From a virus (taxonomy: Duplodnaviria > Caudoviricetes): 50,254 nt of DNA. A model generated the notes under the pieces. That model searched no databases and was not told the origin of the DNA. It worked only from the letters and a program-made list of their open reading frames with translations. The translations under genes were made by a program, and so were the position numbers. Below, in pieces: positions 48,620-50,254 of the stretch. Position 1 is the stretch's first letter, and every line of letters begins with the position of its first letter. Location: positions 1 to 50,254 of IMG/VR virus record IMGVR_UViG_3300005613_000093, one strand, 5' to 3'.

Positions 48620-50254
48620 TTATTTAATAGGTTCAAAGTTCTCAGTTTCAGGATTCCACTTAAATCTTTTTCCATTTGGTGCAGTGTAGCTACCATCATT
48701 ATAGGTAGCTACACCTGCAGGAGCTAATTTAGGTACTAAAGTTCCATTAACATTGTCATATCCTATGATAGCAAAATCTCCAGTTCTTAGTTGATTTAGC
48801 AACTGGTCTTGCATTTCTTTAGCTCCCATATCTTTAGAGAATCCTTGTATATTTCTACCAACTCCAGCTGCTGCTTCCATTCCTAGTTTCCATCTATTTG
48901 AAATAGATTGGTCTTTCATTAAAGCATTTTTCTCAGCTTGAGCTGCTCTTAGTTGAGCTTCTTGGTTCATTAATCCAATATTTTGAGAATCAATTCCATA
49001 TCTAGTTTGAGCTACTTGAGAACCAATTTGAGCACCAGCACTAGGCATAGAAACACCTACATTAGCTAAATAACTTCCTTGTGTAGGAGCACCCATTCTT
49101 ATAGCTTGTCTTGTATTAGCCATAGCTTGATTACCTGCTGCTCTTTGTAAAGCTACTGGTGTATAATCAAACTTTTTAAACTTAGGTGCTGCTGTATAAG
49201 TAGGGTCTGGAGCAAAAGCTGCTGCAGCTATATTAGCTAATGGGCCAAACATAGAACCTACACCACCAGCAATATAGTTACCCATAGGTGATTTATATTC
49301 AGGTAATGGTGGTGGAGTAGACTTAGGTTTACCTGCAGGAAATGTTTTATACTCAAGTTCAGGAGAAATCTCAGGTGATTTTAAGCCAGTTAACTCTACT
49401 TCATTACTCATTAAACTAGGTAAAGAAGGTTTAGAAGTAGTTGTTGGTATTGGCAATAATCCTGCTTTTACACTATTTAAAGGTAAAGCATTAATTTGTT
49501 GGTTTAGATTTAATAAACTAGGTTGAGCTAAATCTCTTAAACCATATTTAGTATTTCCACGACTTACGTTAGTATTTTCAATATCAGCGTTGTATTGTTC
49601 TTCAGTATATGGCCCTTGTAAAAAAGGAGCAATACCTCCAGGTTGTTGTAATCCCAAATAGTTGCTAAATCTTTGATTTACATTATTATTTCCTGTTAAG
49701 GCTTCTTCCTGACTTCCATAATCTAAACTCATTCCGTAAGAAACATTAGGAATATTAGTTCTACTTAACCAGTTTTTTCTTTCATCTGGTGTCATAGAAT
49801 AATTAGGATTGAAACTTCTACTAACACTAGGCATTATACCTTGAGGATTAACACCCCCTAAATATGTTGCTTGTTCCATCAAACTTGGCCTATTTATCCT
49901 AATTGGTCTTATATTACTACTATTAACTAAAGAAGTTGCTCTAGCAGCATTAGCATTAGCTTGGTTACCAATAGCTAAAGCATCTGCTCCCTGATAAACT
50001 CCAGATTCAATTGAATCATCATTTAATATAGTTTCCAAAGTTCCTGTAGTATCAGGAAGATATCCTTGCTTTTGCTGATAATACAACTTACCACCATTTC
50101 TTTTTAAAACAGGATATTGATTAACTTGAGATAAATAATTATCAGCTAAAGAACCTCCCATTTGATACATTCTACCACCACCTCTCATAGTTGCTGGTGC
50201 TCCTTGTTGTTGACCCATCATACCTTGCTCAGCTGGAGGAGCAGCTTGTTGCTG
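48620..50254 (-). CDS. Predicted internal virion protein, low complexity, 5' truncated by the window edge
   Basis: Frame stays open to the window end; Gln/Pro/Gly-rich with xxGG motifs and Gly/Ala hydrophobic segments. Confidence 0.65.
   Translation of the reverse strand, partial: QQQAAPPAEQGMMGQQQGAPATMRGGGRMYQMGGSLADNYLSQVNQYPVLKRNGGKLYYQQKQGYLPDTTGTLETILNDDSIESGVYQGADALAIGNQANANAARATSLVNSSNIRPIRINRPSLMEQATYLGGVNPQGIMPSVSRSFNPNYSMTPDERKNWLSRTNIPNVSYGMSLDYGSQEEALTGNNNVNQRFSNYLGLQQPGGIAPFLQGPYTEEQYNADIENTNVSRGNTKYGLRDLAQPSLLNLNQQINALPLNSVKAGLLPIPTTTSKPSLPSLMSNEVELTGLKSPEISPELEYKTFPAGKPKSTPPPLPEYKSPMGNYIAGGVGSMFGPLANIAAAAFAPDPTYTAAPKFKKFDYTPVALQRAAGNQAMANTRQAIRMGAPTQGSYLANVGVSMPSAGAQIGSQVAQTRYGIDSQNIGLMNQEAQLRAAQAEKNALMKDQSISNRWKLGMEAAAGVGRNIQGFSKDMGAKEMQDQLLNQLRTGDFAIIGYDNVNGTLVPKLAPAGVATYNDGSYTAPNGKRFKWNPETENFEPIK

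Noticed and set aside
1-50254. Prophage or host-chromosome context
   Set aside because: No integrase, att-like boundary or cellular housekeeping genes are visible; the whole window has phage organisation.

Overview
An AT-rich, densely coding fragment of a Bacteroidota-infecting crAss-like (Crassvirales-type) phage genome, read in standard code 11. The + strand (1-24107) begins with small early/accessory genes and a tRNA-Arg(UCU) split by a group I intron that carries an HNH homing endonuclease. It continues with a replication/nucleotide module: dNMP kinase, DnaA-domain-IV-like protein, family A DNA polymerase, SF2 helicase, DnaB-like helicase, AAA ATPase, SSB-like protein, primase, RusA-like resolvase, PD-(D/E)XK exonuclease, UDG and MazG. 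Embedded in that module is an apparently complete phage-encoded ubiquitin-like conjugation cassette: a Ubl with Gly76 plus a C-terminal extension, an E2-like protein, a JAB/JAMM protease and a ThiF/E1. The - strand (24115-50254) encodes large predicted virion/ejected proteins, including a 5131-aa multidomain virion RNA polymerase with two zincin motifs and an ADP-ribosyltransferase-like C-terminal domain, and an M15-type peptidase. All family assignments come from motif recognition by eye; no database searches were run.
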